From IMG/VR virus record IMGVR_UViG_3300031949_000064, positions 1-47,631 of that record: a stretch of 47,631 nucleotides of DNA. One strand, written 5' to 3'. A program made the position numbers and the translations under genes. This stretch comes from a virus (lineage: Duplodnaviria; Caudoviricetes). The number at the start of each line of letters is the position of its first letter. Position 1 is the first letter of the stretch. Under the pieces are notes generated by a model. The model searched no databases. It saw only the letters and a list, made by a program, of their open reading frames with translations, and was not told the DNA's origin. Positions 10,012-19,453 of the stretch are shown here, piece by piece.

Positions 10012-12203
10012 TACCCGAATGTTAGATCAAGGGCGCCAGTCGTCAGGTCGGTGCGCGCGATGAATGCCTTGATTGTCGCTGCATCGAACGTCCACCCAAC
10101 GTGAACCGTTCGACCGAGGAATTCCTCGATGAGCGTGTCGTAGATCGCGGACGAGTTGTCAACGGGGCTGAATTCTGGATACTCCTGAATTCCCCCAGTT
10201 CCATACGTTCCAACCAAGACGCCGGACAATGACAATCTTGCTGTCACGCCGCGCTCACCTAGACCACCGTCTGCGCGTCCAGATACGACGATGTCCCCAC
10301 TGGCCCCCGCGGTGATAGCTACAACCTCATGGAACGCTGCAGATACCCATGCGCCGGTCGTAACCTTCTGAATGCCGCCCGTTCCGAACGTTGCATCAGC
10401 TGCCAAGGTAACGATGTCGAACTTGCCGATAGATCCCTGCACGCCCGCAGCTTCCTCGGCGGCAATATAGACGAACAGGTCATCCGTATCTGTCTTGACT
10501 CCGGGGCTGCGGTAGTAGGTCGGGGTGGCGACAAGATCCCCGGCAATCAATGCTTCGTTGATAGTCGTCGTCGTTAGGTTCGCAGTTGCGACGTAGTAAT
10601 CGAGCAGAGTGGCGTCCTGCAACATCGCCACATATCGACCCTCGGTAACGTCGTCGTAGTACTCTCCGACGCCACGCAGTTGGTATGAGAACTGCACCGA
10701 GTCAACGGTGGCGCCGCTCGTGTTGATTCTCGTGAGCGTGCCCGTACCGTCGCCCGCGCCGATAGTGTTGTCGTTCCACGCTACGACCGCGTTGCCCGTG
10801 CTCTGCTCAAAGAATATGCCCTTTGGAATACTGGAACCAGTACCAATGAGTTGTATTCCGCCCGTTCCGAACGTTCCGTCCAAAACTCCCAGTGACGTGT
10901 ACTTGAGAACGATCACCTCGTTGAAAACGAGACGATCGCGGACAGCTAAGACGTACACGGAGTCGTCGCTATTGTCGACTGCCACCCCGGCGGCAGTGTC
11001 ATTCGACGGATCCCCGGTATCGCTCGTTACAAGCCCATTGGTCCCCCACGAAGTATCTGGCGTGCCATCAGCAAGGAATCGGTAGACTCCTGCGGCTCCA
11101 AGCCCACCTACATCTACAGTAGCCGATACGAGATATCGACCCTGGCTATCATTGTCAACCGCAGTTCCACCGGCCGATTGCGATCCGTTACCTTCCTGCG
11201 CGATCGTGAATCCTTCTGGGCAGGCAACGATGTCGAAGTCGGGGAAGTCGAATATGCCATAGTCAGGGCTGTCTCCAGTGGCCCACATGTGAACCGCTGT
11301 GATCGTCTCACCAGCCAACTGCGTATCAATAAACTCGATGATGCCAGTGTTCCATTGCACACTCGTGGACGTTATCGGATTCAATCCGACATCTGGACCG
11401 AGTGGGTCGTAGTAGTCGTAGTTGCCGAATGTTCCGATCAACTGAATATGGTTGACCGTCAAGAATTCTGACCCGACGAGCGAAAAGTTTTCGCAGCCCG
11501 TGCTCTGAGCACTGGCGACAGTTGGACCCTCTGGCTCGGGACACGGAACCTCGATCGCACCACACTGCAACGTGGGTACGAAATCATCCTCGAACCACGC
11601 GTAGTCAATGCGCTCGCTGGGCGAGGCGCCGACCAGCGCGCCCACAGGAATGTCCTCGAATGGGCCGGTGCCGATACTGTCGGTGAGTACGTCCCGGCTC
11701 TTGCCCTCGATCTGCAGAATACGGAAGATGCCCTCGCGCTCATTCCCCGTCCACTTCAAGCGAGCAGCGGGGAATACATGACGCAGATAGATCGGATCCC
11801 CGTCGGGCTGGCAGTCATCGGTGCGCTCGAATAGCTCGAGGAACACGAACGGAGAGCACGCACCGTACGCAAGATGCCTCACTCCAATCGACACGCCGTC
11901 CTCGACGATCAGCGGGTTGCCCTCGATCAGTGAAAGGAATTCCTTGTCTGGATCCTTGATTTTGAACTCAATATTCCAACGCTTCGTCAAGTCACAGCGA
12001 TCATCCCGCAGGCAGATATTCCCGCAGTTGTCCTTGACAATCGACTCCTCACCCTCCTCAATCTCCGGAGTCCAGTTCGGCTCGATGATACAGCCCATCG
12101 CATATCCGTTGAGAGGTCCGCAGACCGGCTCGAGCGTGCACGGGTCCAACAACGCGACCCTGATCGCTTCGATGCACTTCGCTGGTCGACAAACTTGGGT
12201 CAT
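10011..12203 (-). CDS. Major tail protein paralog fused to an Ig-like domain and delta-60-type beta-propeller repeats
   Basis: First ~220 aa closely match 15183..15854; repeated G.LD.TFG..G motifs. Confidence 0.8.
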   Translation of the reverse strand: MTQVCRPAKCIEAIRVALLDPCTLEPVCGPLNGYAMGCIIEPNWTPEIEEGEESIVKDNCGNICLRDDRCDLTKRWNIEFKIKDPDKEFLSLIEGNPLIVEDGVSIGVRHLAYGACSPFVFLELFERTDDCQPDGDPIYLRHVFPAARLKWTGNEREGIFRILQIEGKSRDVLTDSIGTGPFEDIPVGALVGASPSERIDYAWFEDDFVPTLQCGAIEVPCPEPEGPTVASAQSTGCENFSLVGSEFLTVNHIQLIGTFGNYDYYDPLGPDVGLNPITSTSVQWNTGIIEFIDTQLAGETITAVHMWATGDSPDYGIFDFPDFDIVACPEGFTIAQEGNGSQSAGGTAVDNDSQGRYLVSATVDVGGLGAAGVYRFLADGTPDTSWGTNGLVTSDTGDPSNDTAAGVAVDNSDDSVYVLAVRDRLVFNEVIVLKYTSLGVLDGTFGTGGIQLIGTGSSIPKGIFFEQSTGNAVVAWNDNTIGAGDGTGTLTRINTSGATVDSVQFSYQLRGVGEYYDDVTEGRYVAMLQDATLLDYYVATANLTTTTINEALIAGDLVATPTYYRSPGVKTDTDDLFVYIAAEEAAGVQGSIGKFDIVTLAADATFGTGGIQKVTTGAWVSAAFHEVVAITAGASGDIVVSGRADGGLGERGVTARLSLSGVLVGTYGTGGIQEYPEFSPVDNSSAIYDTLIEEFLGRTVHVGWTFDAATIKAFIARTDLTTGALDLTFG

Positions 12204-12221
12204 GCGTACCTCAAATGGTTA

Positions 12222-12836
12222 CTAAGCTGCCGTGACGGAGAAGTCAACGTTGTTGAATGTGTTTTCCCCGCCCTCGCCATTGACCCCAATGAAACCGATG
12301 ATGTACGGAATCGTATTGTCTCCAAGCTCAGGAACGACAACGTCGATCGTCGAATCGTCCCAAGTGACCACCGTAATCCCATAGTGATCGTTGAAGGCTT
12401 GGCCATCTGGATCAAGGTACGGATTCTTTACGGGAATGCCGCTGCGTACTGTCACGCCGAGGTAGATCATGCCCAGGATAGACAGTCCAGATCCCTCGAT
12501 TACGACCTCATCAGGAAGTGGTCCTGCGTATGCCGTGTCCCAGATCACGCCCCGCAGCAGGTTGGTGGTCGGCTGCGGATTGAGATTCGTAGCGGTGAAT
12601 GCGCCGCCGCCGTCGGGCACCACCATGAAGTGGCGGTAAGCGGCATAGGCTGGAACTTCGAGAACGATCTTTGTGTCGCTCCATGACAAGATTACTTCGG
12701 GGCCTTCGACAGGTTTCACGACTTGCACAAGGTTGACGCGTCCTGGCGTTGCTCCGAATCCCGATCCGACAAGTTCAATCTGCCCACGGGTAGCACTGGT
12801 CCTGTATGCCTGATAGTTCGTGACATTCGCAGCCAT
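12222..12836 (-). CDS. IPT/TIG (Ig-like) domain virion protein
   Basis: GSGFGATPG...ILSWSDTKI...VP, with a second copy (GSGL...VTWDDSTI.V.VP). Confidence 0.65.
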   Translation of the reverse strand: MAANVTNYQAYRTSATRGQIELVGSGFGATPGRVNLVQVVKPVEGPEVILSWSDTKIVLEVPAYAAYRHFMVVPDGGGAFTATNLNPQPTTNLLRGVIWDTAYAGPLPDEVVIEGSGLSILGMIYLGVTVRSGIPVKNPYLDPDGQAFNDHYGITVVTWDDSTIDVVVPELGDNTIPYIIGFIGVNGEGGENTFNNVDFSVTAA

Positions 12837-12896
12837 GAGCGGATTCCTATCGGAGAAATTTTCAGTGACCTAAATCTTACAGCGAACTTGGAAAAG

Positions 12897-13721
12897 TCAG
12901 CAGACGATCGAAAGATTACCCTGCCAAGACCCGCCAACGAACAGCGTCAAGTCTCCGCAGAAGCGCTCAAGGTTAGAGTCAAACAGCGCGAGCCCCGTCA
13001 GCTCGGTTGCACCTGCGAGGTACACAGAAGCGTCGATGGTGAGCGTATCTGCATCGGGCGCCAAGAACTGCGGCGGGTTGATACCGACCGTGCTGTCACC
13101 CGGATTCGTTGTCACGTTGATAGTCGCAGTCGTCGTTCCGATGCCCGTCCCCACGATGGTTACGAGGCAAGTTTCGGCGTCGAATGTGACTTCTACGCAG
13201 TTCTGAAAACCCGGCTCGGCGGGAGGTGGGCAGCAAGTGGTGAATACCAGCGGGATTCGTACGATTGCCGTTCTGCACCCACCGCTCGGCGGGCGAAACA
13301 GGATCTCCGGCGGACCCGTCTCATTGTCACAGCACGCAGTGACGCCCCTCACTGCGCCTATGGTGTCGCACGCTTGGCAAACGATGCACTCGAACATCGC
13401 CCAAGCATCGCGCGTGAGGCATGCGACTGCAGCAGTTATCTGCTCCGGAGTGGGAGGAGTGTACCCGGATTGCGAATTCAGGTCGCCAACGGGCTCACAG
13501 CAACGAGTTATGTGAACTTCCAGGGACCCGTACATCTGTCCGCGTCCGACACACGAACCGCTAAACGCCTTCGCCGGTCCGATGACGATCGCGAGTTGGG
13601 TACAGTCCTCGACGGGCGTAGACGTCTCTATCAGCACGCGTGGGTAGTCGACGCAGAGATCGCCGAGGCATTCCTGCACAAGCGCCAGCAGGGCTTGCGC
13701 GGCGTCCCAGAGAGGATTCAC
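12897..13721 (-). CDS. Tail terminator-like protein with C-terminal Ig-like extension
   Basis: GTG 13721 overlaps the adaptor stop; ITRC and P.SGGC motifs; position. Confidence 0.55.
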   Translation of the reverse strand: MNPLWDAAQALLALVQECLGDLCVDYPRVLIETSTPVEDCTQLAIVIGPAKAFSGSCVGRGQMYGSLEVHITRCCEPVGDLNSQSGYTPPTPEQITAAVACLTRDAWAMFECIVCQACDTIGAVRGVTACCDNETGPPEILFRPPSGGCRTAIVRIPLVFTTCCPPPAEPGFQNCVEVTFDAETCLVTIVGTGIGTTTATINVTTNPGDSTVGINPPQFLAPDADTLTIDASVYLAGATELTGLALFDSNLERFCGDLTLFVGGSWQGNLSIVC

Positions 13722-14461
13722 GACGGGTACACCTGATGCGGCTTCGACAAGCTCGGATGCCACACACGACCCTTCGAGCGTGCGCAATTGTACTGACTCA
13801 CCGCAAGATCGATTCCTGGGATACCCGAATGCCCACCCTCGACGGAACCCTCCAGCGCGTCGATATTCAACGTCACGCCTTGCCGACTCACACTCGTGAC
13901 GCTGTGCGGTAATCCGCACGCCAGTCCGTTGCAGGCACGCTTCATTTCGCACGCAAGCTCAGCAGCTGCCATCTGCAGTTGAATCGGCGGGCGACGCCCG
14001 GCGGTATACGTCACGGAAAACGTGCCCGGCTGCGTGTCATCGAGGATCAAGTGCTGATGCCCGGGCCAGTACATGCCGTCGATGCGCACGAGCCGATGAT
14101 AGTCGTCGACTCGATACGAAGCCGGGGGAACGACAACGCCGTCGACCTTGACCTCGTCAACGCTAATCACCGGGTAGCGATCCTGCAAGTCAATGAACGG
14201 GTACACGCCACCGCATCGGCATGGCGAGTGCTGGCACGCGCACGGCGGGCAGGGCCGTACCTTGATCTGGCAATGTCCGGGGAACAGGCGACACGTCGCC
14301 CGAAACAGGATGCCCGTCGCCGCCTCGATCAGCTGCTCGTCAGTCCACACATACGTCGCGGGGACCGGCTCCCCGGTTACGCAGTCGATTGGCTCCGCGT
14401 CGGGGCAGCACAGCTTGTCGACGGTGGTCCACGGCTCGCAGAATTCTACCGGGACGCCCAT
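13718..14461 (-). CDS. Head-to-tail adaptor
   Basis: AAAELACE..RAC...C.LP..VTSVSRQGV motif of cluster-B-like adaptors. Confidence 0.8.
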   Translation of the reverse strand: MGVPVEFCEPWTTVDKLCCPDAEPIDCVTGEPVPATYVWTDEQLIEAATGILFRATCRLFPGHCQIKVRPCPPCACQHSPCRCGGVYPFIDLQDRYPVISVDEVKVDGVVVPPASYRVDDYHRLVRIDGMYWPGHQHLILDDTQPGTFSVTYTAGRRPPIQLQMAAAELACEMKRACNGLACGLPHSVTSVSRQGVTLNIDALEGSVEGGHSGIPGIDLAVSQYNCARSKGRVWHPSLSKPHQVYPS

Positions 14462-14463
14462 GG

Positions 14464-15162
14464 CTACCTATCCGTCACAATCGCGATTTCGCCGTTCTCA
14501 CGCAGCAACCTGTCAAGGACACTCGCTGGCATACGAACACGATGCGGATAACCGCCTTTACCCCACGAGTTCAGGATCGTTACGAAGTCCTTGTTGGGAT
14601 CTCCCAGTGCTGCGAGTACGTCGCTGATACTCGTCGCCCATCGATTCGCCGCGATGCCCTCACCCACCGCCGGAACAGCACCATCGCGAACTACCCGGTG
14701 GCCAACGGTTCTCAGAACATCCATCCCAGCTCGAACACTCGTACCCGAATACGATTCTCCCGGCCAACCATCGACTTTCTGAGCCGCTTGATACAACCAA
14801 CGCGCATCGTAACGCCTACGATTCAGCAAACTCATAGCGCGGCTAATACCGAACCCAACACAAGCACCCTCACTACCCTGATCATAGAATCCCCACCACG
14901 CACGATTGTCGCGGATACCAGTAGCAGGTGCGGGCTCCAGCGCAACGCAGTGCCCGCCCCTGACCCTTGTCAGCCGGGCGTCGCGCGCAATCCAATACGC
15001 GCCGCTACGATCCTTCACGGGAACATCGAACTCCGCATACCAATTCACGCCGATAACCACCGGAACGGCAACGGGGCGTGCCTCTGCTTCAAGTCCGCGT
15101 AGCGGGTACTTGTCGACGTGCATGAAGTCAACGGGTTCTCTGCGTCCAAGCGGATATGTCAC
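14464..15162 (-). CDS. Papain-like (C1) cysteine peptidase with rearranged motif order
   Basis: DQGSEGACVGF, GGHCV and ILNSWG motifs; start uncertain. Confidence 0.75.
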   Translation of the reverse strand: MTYPLGRREPVDFMHVDKYPLRGLEAEARPVAVPVVIGVNWYAEFDVPVKDRSGAYWIARDARLTRVRGGHCVALEPAPATGIRDNRAWWGFYDQGSEGACVGFGISRAMSLLNRRRYDARWLYQAAQKVDGWPGESYSGTSVRAGMDVLRTVGHRVVRDGAVPAVGEGIAANRWATSISDVLAALGDPNKDFVTILNSWGKGGYPHRVRMPASVLDRLLRENGEIAIVTDR

Positions 15163-15182
15163 CGTAGTCGCCCCCGCTGCTG

Positions 15183-15854
15183 TCAGACCTGTACGGGAAC
15201 TTCGATCGCGCCGCACTGCAGCACCGGCACGAAGTCGTCCTCGAACCAGCCGTAGTCGATGCGCTCAGTGGGCGTGGCCGGAACGAACGCCGTCAATGGA
15301 ATGTCGTTGAACGGACCATCGCCAATATCGCTGGTCAGAACCGGATTCGTCTTGCCCTCGATCTGCAAGATGCGAAAGATTCCCTCGCGCTCATTCCCAG
15401 TCCACTTGAGGCGCACGCATGGGAAGACGTGTCGGTAGTAGATCGGGTCGCCGTCAGGCTGGCAGTCGTCAGTCTTCTCGAATAGCTCGACGAACAGGTT
15501 AGGCGAACACGCGCCGTATGAGCGGTGCCGAACACCGATCGAAACGCCGTCCTCGACGATCAGTGGGTCGCCTGTAATGAGCGCGATGAACTCCTTGTCA
15601 GGATCTTTGATCTTGAACTCGATGTTCCACCGCTTCGTCAAGTCGCAGCGATCGTCACGCAGGCAGATTTCGCCGCAGTTGTCTTTGACGATGGATTCCT
15701 CGCCCTCCTCGATCTCGGGCGTCCAATTGGGCTCGATGATGCAGCCCATGACGTAGCCGTTGAGAGGTCCGGGCACGGGGTTTTCGCAGCAGTCGTCTAC
15801 GAGCGCGACTCTAATCGCCTCGATGCACTTCGCTGGTCGACAAACTTGAGCCAT
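15183..15854 (-). CDS. Major tail (tube) protein
   Basis: 223 aa; AGGAGG RBS; IRV..VD.C, E.EEGEE...K...G..C and HVFP motifs as in cluster-B-like tail tubes. Confidence 0.8.
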   Translation of the reverse strand: MAQVCRPAKCIEAIRVALVDDCCENPVPGPLNGYVMGCIIEPNWTPEIEEGEESIVKDNCGEICLRDDRCDLTKRWNIEFKIKDPDKEFIALITGDPLIVEDGVSIGVRHRSYGACSPNLFVELFEKTDDCQPDGDPIYYRHVFPCVRLKWTGNEREGIFRILQIEGKTNPVLTSDIGDGPFNDIPLTAFVPATPTERIDYGWFEDDFVPVLQCGAIEVPVQV

Positions 15855-15900
15855 TGTTACCCTCCTGCGGGTACGTCCTGAGACTTCGCTCTACAGAATA

Positions 15901-16119
15901 CTATGAGTCTGACTTTTTCTTGCGTCGAGGAACCCTCTTGGTACGACTTTTTGGCTTCTTAGTCTTCTTGGGCTCAGGCTTCTCCACAGCTGGCTTGGGG
16001 TCAGCTTTCGCCTCGACTTCGTCCACCACCTCTCCAGAGAAGACAAGTTCCTCGCGCATGCCCATGGTCTTGGGGTTGAAGACCTTGCGAACCTGGTATA
16101 TGCCGCCACTATCGCTCAT
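15901..16119 (-). CDS. Small basic protein
   Basis: C-terminal KKTKKPKSRTKRVPRRKKK; fills the intergenic space. Confidence 0.6.
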   Translation of the reverse strand: MSDSGGIYQVRKVFNPKTMGMREELVFSGEVVDEVEAKADPKPAVEKPEPKKTKKPKSRTKRVPRRKKKSDS

Positions 16120-16133
16120 ACCGTCGCCTTCGA

Positions 16134-17408
16134 TTAGATAACATTCCAGTTCGTTCCGTCGGATATAACCGTTGCCGATTCGCCATCGACTGTAAGCACA
16201 TGAGTCGCATCTGCCGAACCTCCGTAGATCGTGTCTGTATCAGCCGGATCGAGCGTCACCGTGTTGACGCCCTTGCGCTTGACGATCAGGACATCGCCGG
16301 CTACATGATCGGCTGGGAATGTCACGGTTCGGGCCGCACTTGCAGAGTCCATGAGGATCACTGTGTCGGTTGCCAGCGCGGTGTAGTTCTCTGCAACCGC
16401 CGTCAACTTCCACCGTTGCCCGCCCTGCATGGATTGCAAGGCGTTGAATGTGTTGGCTGCAGTGAATGTGTTGGCGGCACCGAGGCGCGGCACCACGGCC
16501 GTGTCGATTGCAACATCATCGGCATTGACCGTGATACCCGTGCCGGCGCCAGTATTGATCGTATTACCGGTCTTGCTAAGGCCGGCACCAGCCGTGATCT
16601 GGCCAGCTCCCGAGAATTGCGTGAACGAAAGGCCCGTGGTGTTGAGCGTGATCGGGTCGTTTGTCGTGAGCACCCAGCTCGTGTCAGAATTCGCGGTCCC
16701 CTCGGATGCGAATGTGTATAGGCCACCGGTGACCTCGGCCGAAGCATCTGCATCGGTGGCTCGCGTCAGTGTCCACGGGTTCGTGGCGTCACCGATCGCA
16801 GTGACGAAATAGAGCCCATTGTTCGCGCTCGTGGCTTCATCCTTCACGAGCACCCGGTCATCCAGCGAGGCAGCAACACCGTCGACTGTCAGCGCACCGT
16901 TGGCCGATGCGGTGAGCACGTTTGCTGTCCGCGTATTGGCCGGCAGCGCGGCGGCAGTCGCCAAGCGTACGGAATCCTTGAGATCGAGCCCTGCCTTGGT
17001 CGCATCGACGTATGCCTTCGTCGCCGCGTCCTGCGCAGCGGTCGGATCGGCGAGCGCCACGATCTTCTGCGAGTTCGCCGCAACCGAAGAGGTCGGCGCC
17101 GCCATCTGGTCGAGACGACTTGTGCGCACCTGAGTATCGAAATCCGAGACGGTGGCGGCCACCTGCGTGCCGGTGTGGTTGGCGCGAGCCTGATAATATG
17201 CCCCGCTCTGAGCGTCCAACAGGTCTGCATCAAGACCCGAGCCAGCACCGTCGTTGGCTGCATGCCATGGAACCGACTCGAGCTTTGAGAATTGGATGGC
17301 CGCGGCTGCGCCAATATCCGCATTGACGAGCGTTCCGTCCTGTACTTTGTCTGTGGTGACGGCGTTCGCGCCGAGCCTGGCATTGTCGATTGTGGGAATG
17401 TATGACAC
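16134..17408 (-). CDS. Fibre/head decoration protein
   Basis: DGAGSGLDADLLD, DPTAAQDAATKAYVD, KDSVRLAT, DRVLVKD...NGLY, ISDGTNW fibre motifs. Confidence 0.75.
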   Translation of the reverse strand: MSYIPTIDNARLGANAVTTDKVQDGTLVNADIGAAAAIQFSKLESVPWHAANDGAGSGLDADLLDAQSGAYYQARANHTGTQVAATVSDFDTQVRTSRLDQMAAPTSSVAANSQKIVALADPTAAQDAATKAYVDATKAGLDLKDSVRLATAAALPANTRTANVLTASANGALTVDGVAASLDDRVLVKDEATSANNGLYFVTAIGDATNPWTLTRATDADASAEVTGGLYTFASEGTANSDTSWVLTTNDPITLNTTGLSFTQFSGAGQITAGAGLSKTGNTINTGAGTGITVNADDVAIDTAVVPRLGAANTFTAANTFNALQSMQGGQRWKLTAVAENYTALATDTVILMDSASAARTVTFPADHVAGDVLIVKRKGVNTVTLDPADTDTIYGGSADATHVLTVDGESATVISDGTNWNVI

Positions 17409-17416
17409 GGGATCTC

Positions 17417-17956
17417 CTATACGATGTGGAAATTGTCTCCGTCTGAAAAAATCATCACGGACATCTTGTTCCTGTCGATGACAAACTGTGATAGTCCATC
17501 GATTGTATCTGCTCCCGGCGTCACAATAGTCACCGGATTTTGTAACACTTCTCCCGGACCAACAATTGAGTTGCTGATGTCCTTCATGATGACTAGTTGC
17601 CCGTCATGGTTCTCGGGCATTGTCACGGTGATTGGCGTGGTGTGGTTGAAGTACAACGAGATGTCTTTGGCGACGGGTATCACGATGTCGCCGGTGATCG
17701 TCTGATTCGATGGGTAAACCTCGACGAGTTGTTCGGTTGATAGCGTCACCGGGTTGTGCGCGGCGATCAGTGCGTCGAAATCCGACTGCTGCGCGGGCGT
17801 CAGGGCGGCGGTCATCCAGACCGCAACGGTTTGCGGCGACGTGCTCGAACTGACCACTACGCCGTCAAACAATTCTGCGAGCGATGACGCTCTAAGCGTC
17901 TCGTCTAGCGCGCTAATGTTCACATCCTTGGCGTAAGCGTACATGGTCGCTGCCAT
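17417..17956 (-). CDS. Virion accessory protein (paralog of the N-domain of 18540..19037)
   Basis: TAATG overlap start MAATMYAY; C-terminal DTIDG...SDGDNF like the adjacent fibre. Confidence 0.65.
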   Translation of the reverse strand: MAATMYAYAKDVNISALDETLRASSLAELFDGVVVSSSTSPQTVAVWMTAALTPAQQSDFDALIAAHNPVTLSTEQLVEVYPSNQTITGDIVIPVAKDISLYFNHTTPITVTMPENHDGQLVIMKDISNSIVGPGEVLQNPVTIVTPGADTIDGLSQFVIDRNKMSVMIFSDGDNFHIV

Positions 17957-18543
17957 TATGCCGCTGCCCTTTCCTCGTACACGACGCTGAAGTGGTCGCG
18001 TGCCTCGTAAAAGTCGTTTGGCGTGACGGTCAGCACGCCCATGCGCTCGCGCGCTTCGAACGTCCAGTCGGGTGACGCGGCGCGGTACGCCATCCACACC
18101 GCCTCCGAGCAGTACAGCGCGCGGGCGCCGGGCTCAAATGCGAAGTCGTACGGCGCGCGAACATACGCGCAGATCACGCTCGCCGCGTTACGCTCCTGCT
18201 CGGCGCCCAGCGCGCGGGGTCGAAGAACCGCGTAGTCATCGGCCCGGCCCAGCATCGCGTCTAGCTGGGCGACGCGCACCACGGGGTACACCGCCTCTAC
18301 CACGTCGCCGTCGCCGACGTACATGGCAGCGTGCTTGTAGTGGCCGGGGATCAGCAGGTTGGTTGGCGCCCAGCGTGTGCGTGTCACGATTGCGTCGCCC
18401 ACGCGCAGCGGCGCGGCGTGCTCGGGGTAACCCTCGCGTGCTGCCCCGCCCCGCGACACGAGATGCCCGACTCTCGCCAGTGCGACCGCCAGCGGCCAAG
18501 CCACCCGCAGCACGGCGCGCCGGATCGCGGCGAGCACGCTCAT
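17956..18543 (-). CDS. Permuted papain-like NlpC/P60 (YiiX/YebB-like) enzyme
   Basis: GDAIV, YKHAAMYVG, PYDF, LYCSE and VTPND motifs, His before Cys. Confidence 0.85.
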   Translation of the reverse strand: MSVLAAIRRAVLRVAWPLAVALARVGHLVSRGGAAREGYPEHAAPLRVGDAIVTRTRWAPTNLLIPGHYKHAAMYVGDGDVVEAVYPVVRVAQLDAMLGRADDYAVLRPRALGAEQERNAASVICAYVRAPYDFAFEPGARALYCSEAVWMAYRAASPDWTFEARERMGVLTVTPNDFYEARDHFSVVYEERAAA

Positions 18544-19037
18544 ACCGGCGCCAGCCCCAGATACGCGCGAATCGTGTTCCGAATAATTGTTATGCGCGCA
18601 GCTTCCAAGAATGTTGGAACTGGCGCAATCACAGCCAGCTCCGCGTCCAGTGAGTACAAGTTGCCCAAGCGAGACATTTCCTCGGCGCGGTACAAAGTCG
18701 TTGAAAGCAAGTGCGAGGAACCCGCCTGCACGACGCCCTCGTCAAGGAACGTTCGCTGCCACGATTCGATCAGGTTGCCTCCGAACACTCGCGCAGCTTC
18801 GACGCGCTGTTCGGTCGACAATACTGCGGGGTTGTGCGCGGCCACGATACCGTCGAGCTCTGTTTCTTCGCCCGATGATAGCTCCGAGGTGGTGTGCACT
18901 GTAACGGTCGCTGGCGTTGTGCTGGAGTCAAGGACTAAGCCGTTGTACTTGGTATCTCCGAACGAAGACGCGAGTATTTGCTCGTCAAGACGCGAAGCAT
19001 TCGAGTCATCGGAGTATGTGTACTGTGCTGCCGGCAT
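18540..19037 (-). CDS. Hypothetical virion accessory protein
   Basis: TAATG overlap start; shares an ...AAHNP..LSTEQ domain with 17417..17956. Confidence 0.65.
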   Translation of the reverse strand: MPAAQYTYSDDSNASRLDEQILASSFGDTKYNGLVLDSSTTPATVTVHTTSELSSGEETELDGIVAAHNPAVLSTEQRVEAARVFGGNLIESWQRTFLDEGVVQAGSSHLLSTTLYRAEEMSRLGNLYSLDAELAVIAPVPTFLEAARITIIRNTIRAYLGLAPV

Positions 19038-19453
19038 TAGATCGCCCGCCATATTTCGATTTTGGCATCATCAATCGTGAAAATTCCAGGGCCGCCCGAG
19101 CGTCGGAAATCAAGATCAATGGTGTGCGAACCTGCAGCTAACGCCTCGAATGAAATGTTGGCGTATGACTTGCGTTCGTTAGCTGAAGCTATTATCAGCG
19201 TTTCGGTGTCGACGTTCGTGGTGTTATCAATCTCCAGCCTGTACTCGCCCTCCGTTGTAGCCGTGCTCGCTTCGTACTGGAACACCCATCCGATCCTGTA
19301 CGTTCCGGCTTCAATCACCGGAGTTACAAGCGATAGGTACTCGGTGAACACTGCACTGCTTGTATCTGATGGCGTTATGTTCTCGATGTACTGCGCGTGA
19401 TCTCCGAACACTATGGCTGCCGACCCATCTATGCTGTGGTAACTGCGGGTCAC
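19037..19453 (-). CDS. Hypothetical beta-sandwich virion protein
   Basis: GTGA overlap start; AGTYRIGW and AGSHTIDLDF. Confidence 0.6.
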   Translation of the reverse strand: MTRSYHSIDGSAAIVFGDHAQYIENITPSDTSSAVFTEYLSLVTPVIEAGTYRIGWVFQYEASTATTEGEYRLEIDNTTNVDTETLIIASANERKSYANISFEALAAGSHTIDLDFRRSGGPGIFTIDDAKIEIWRAI

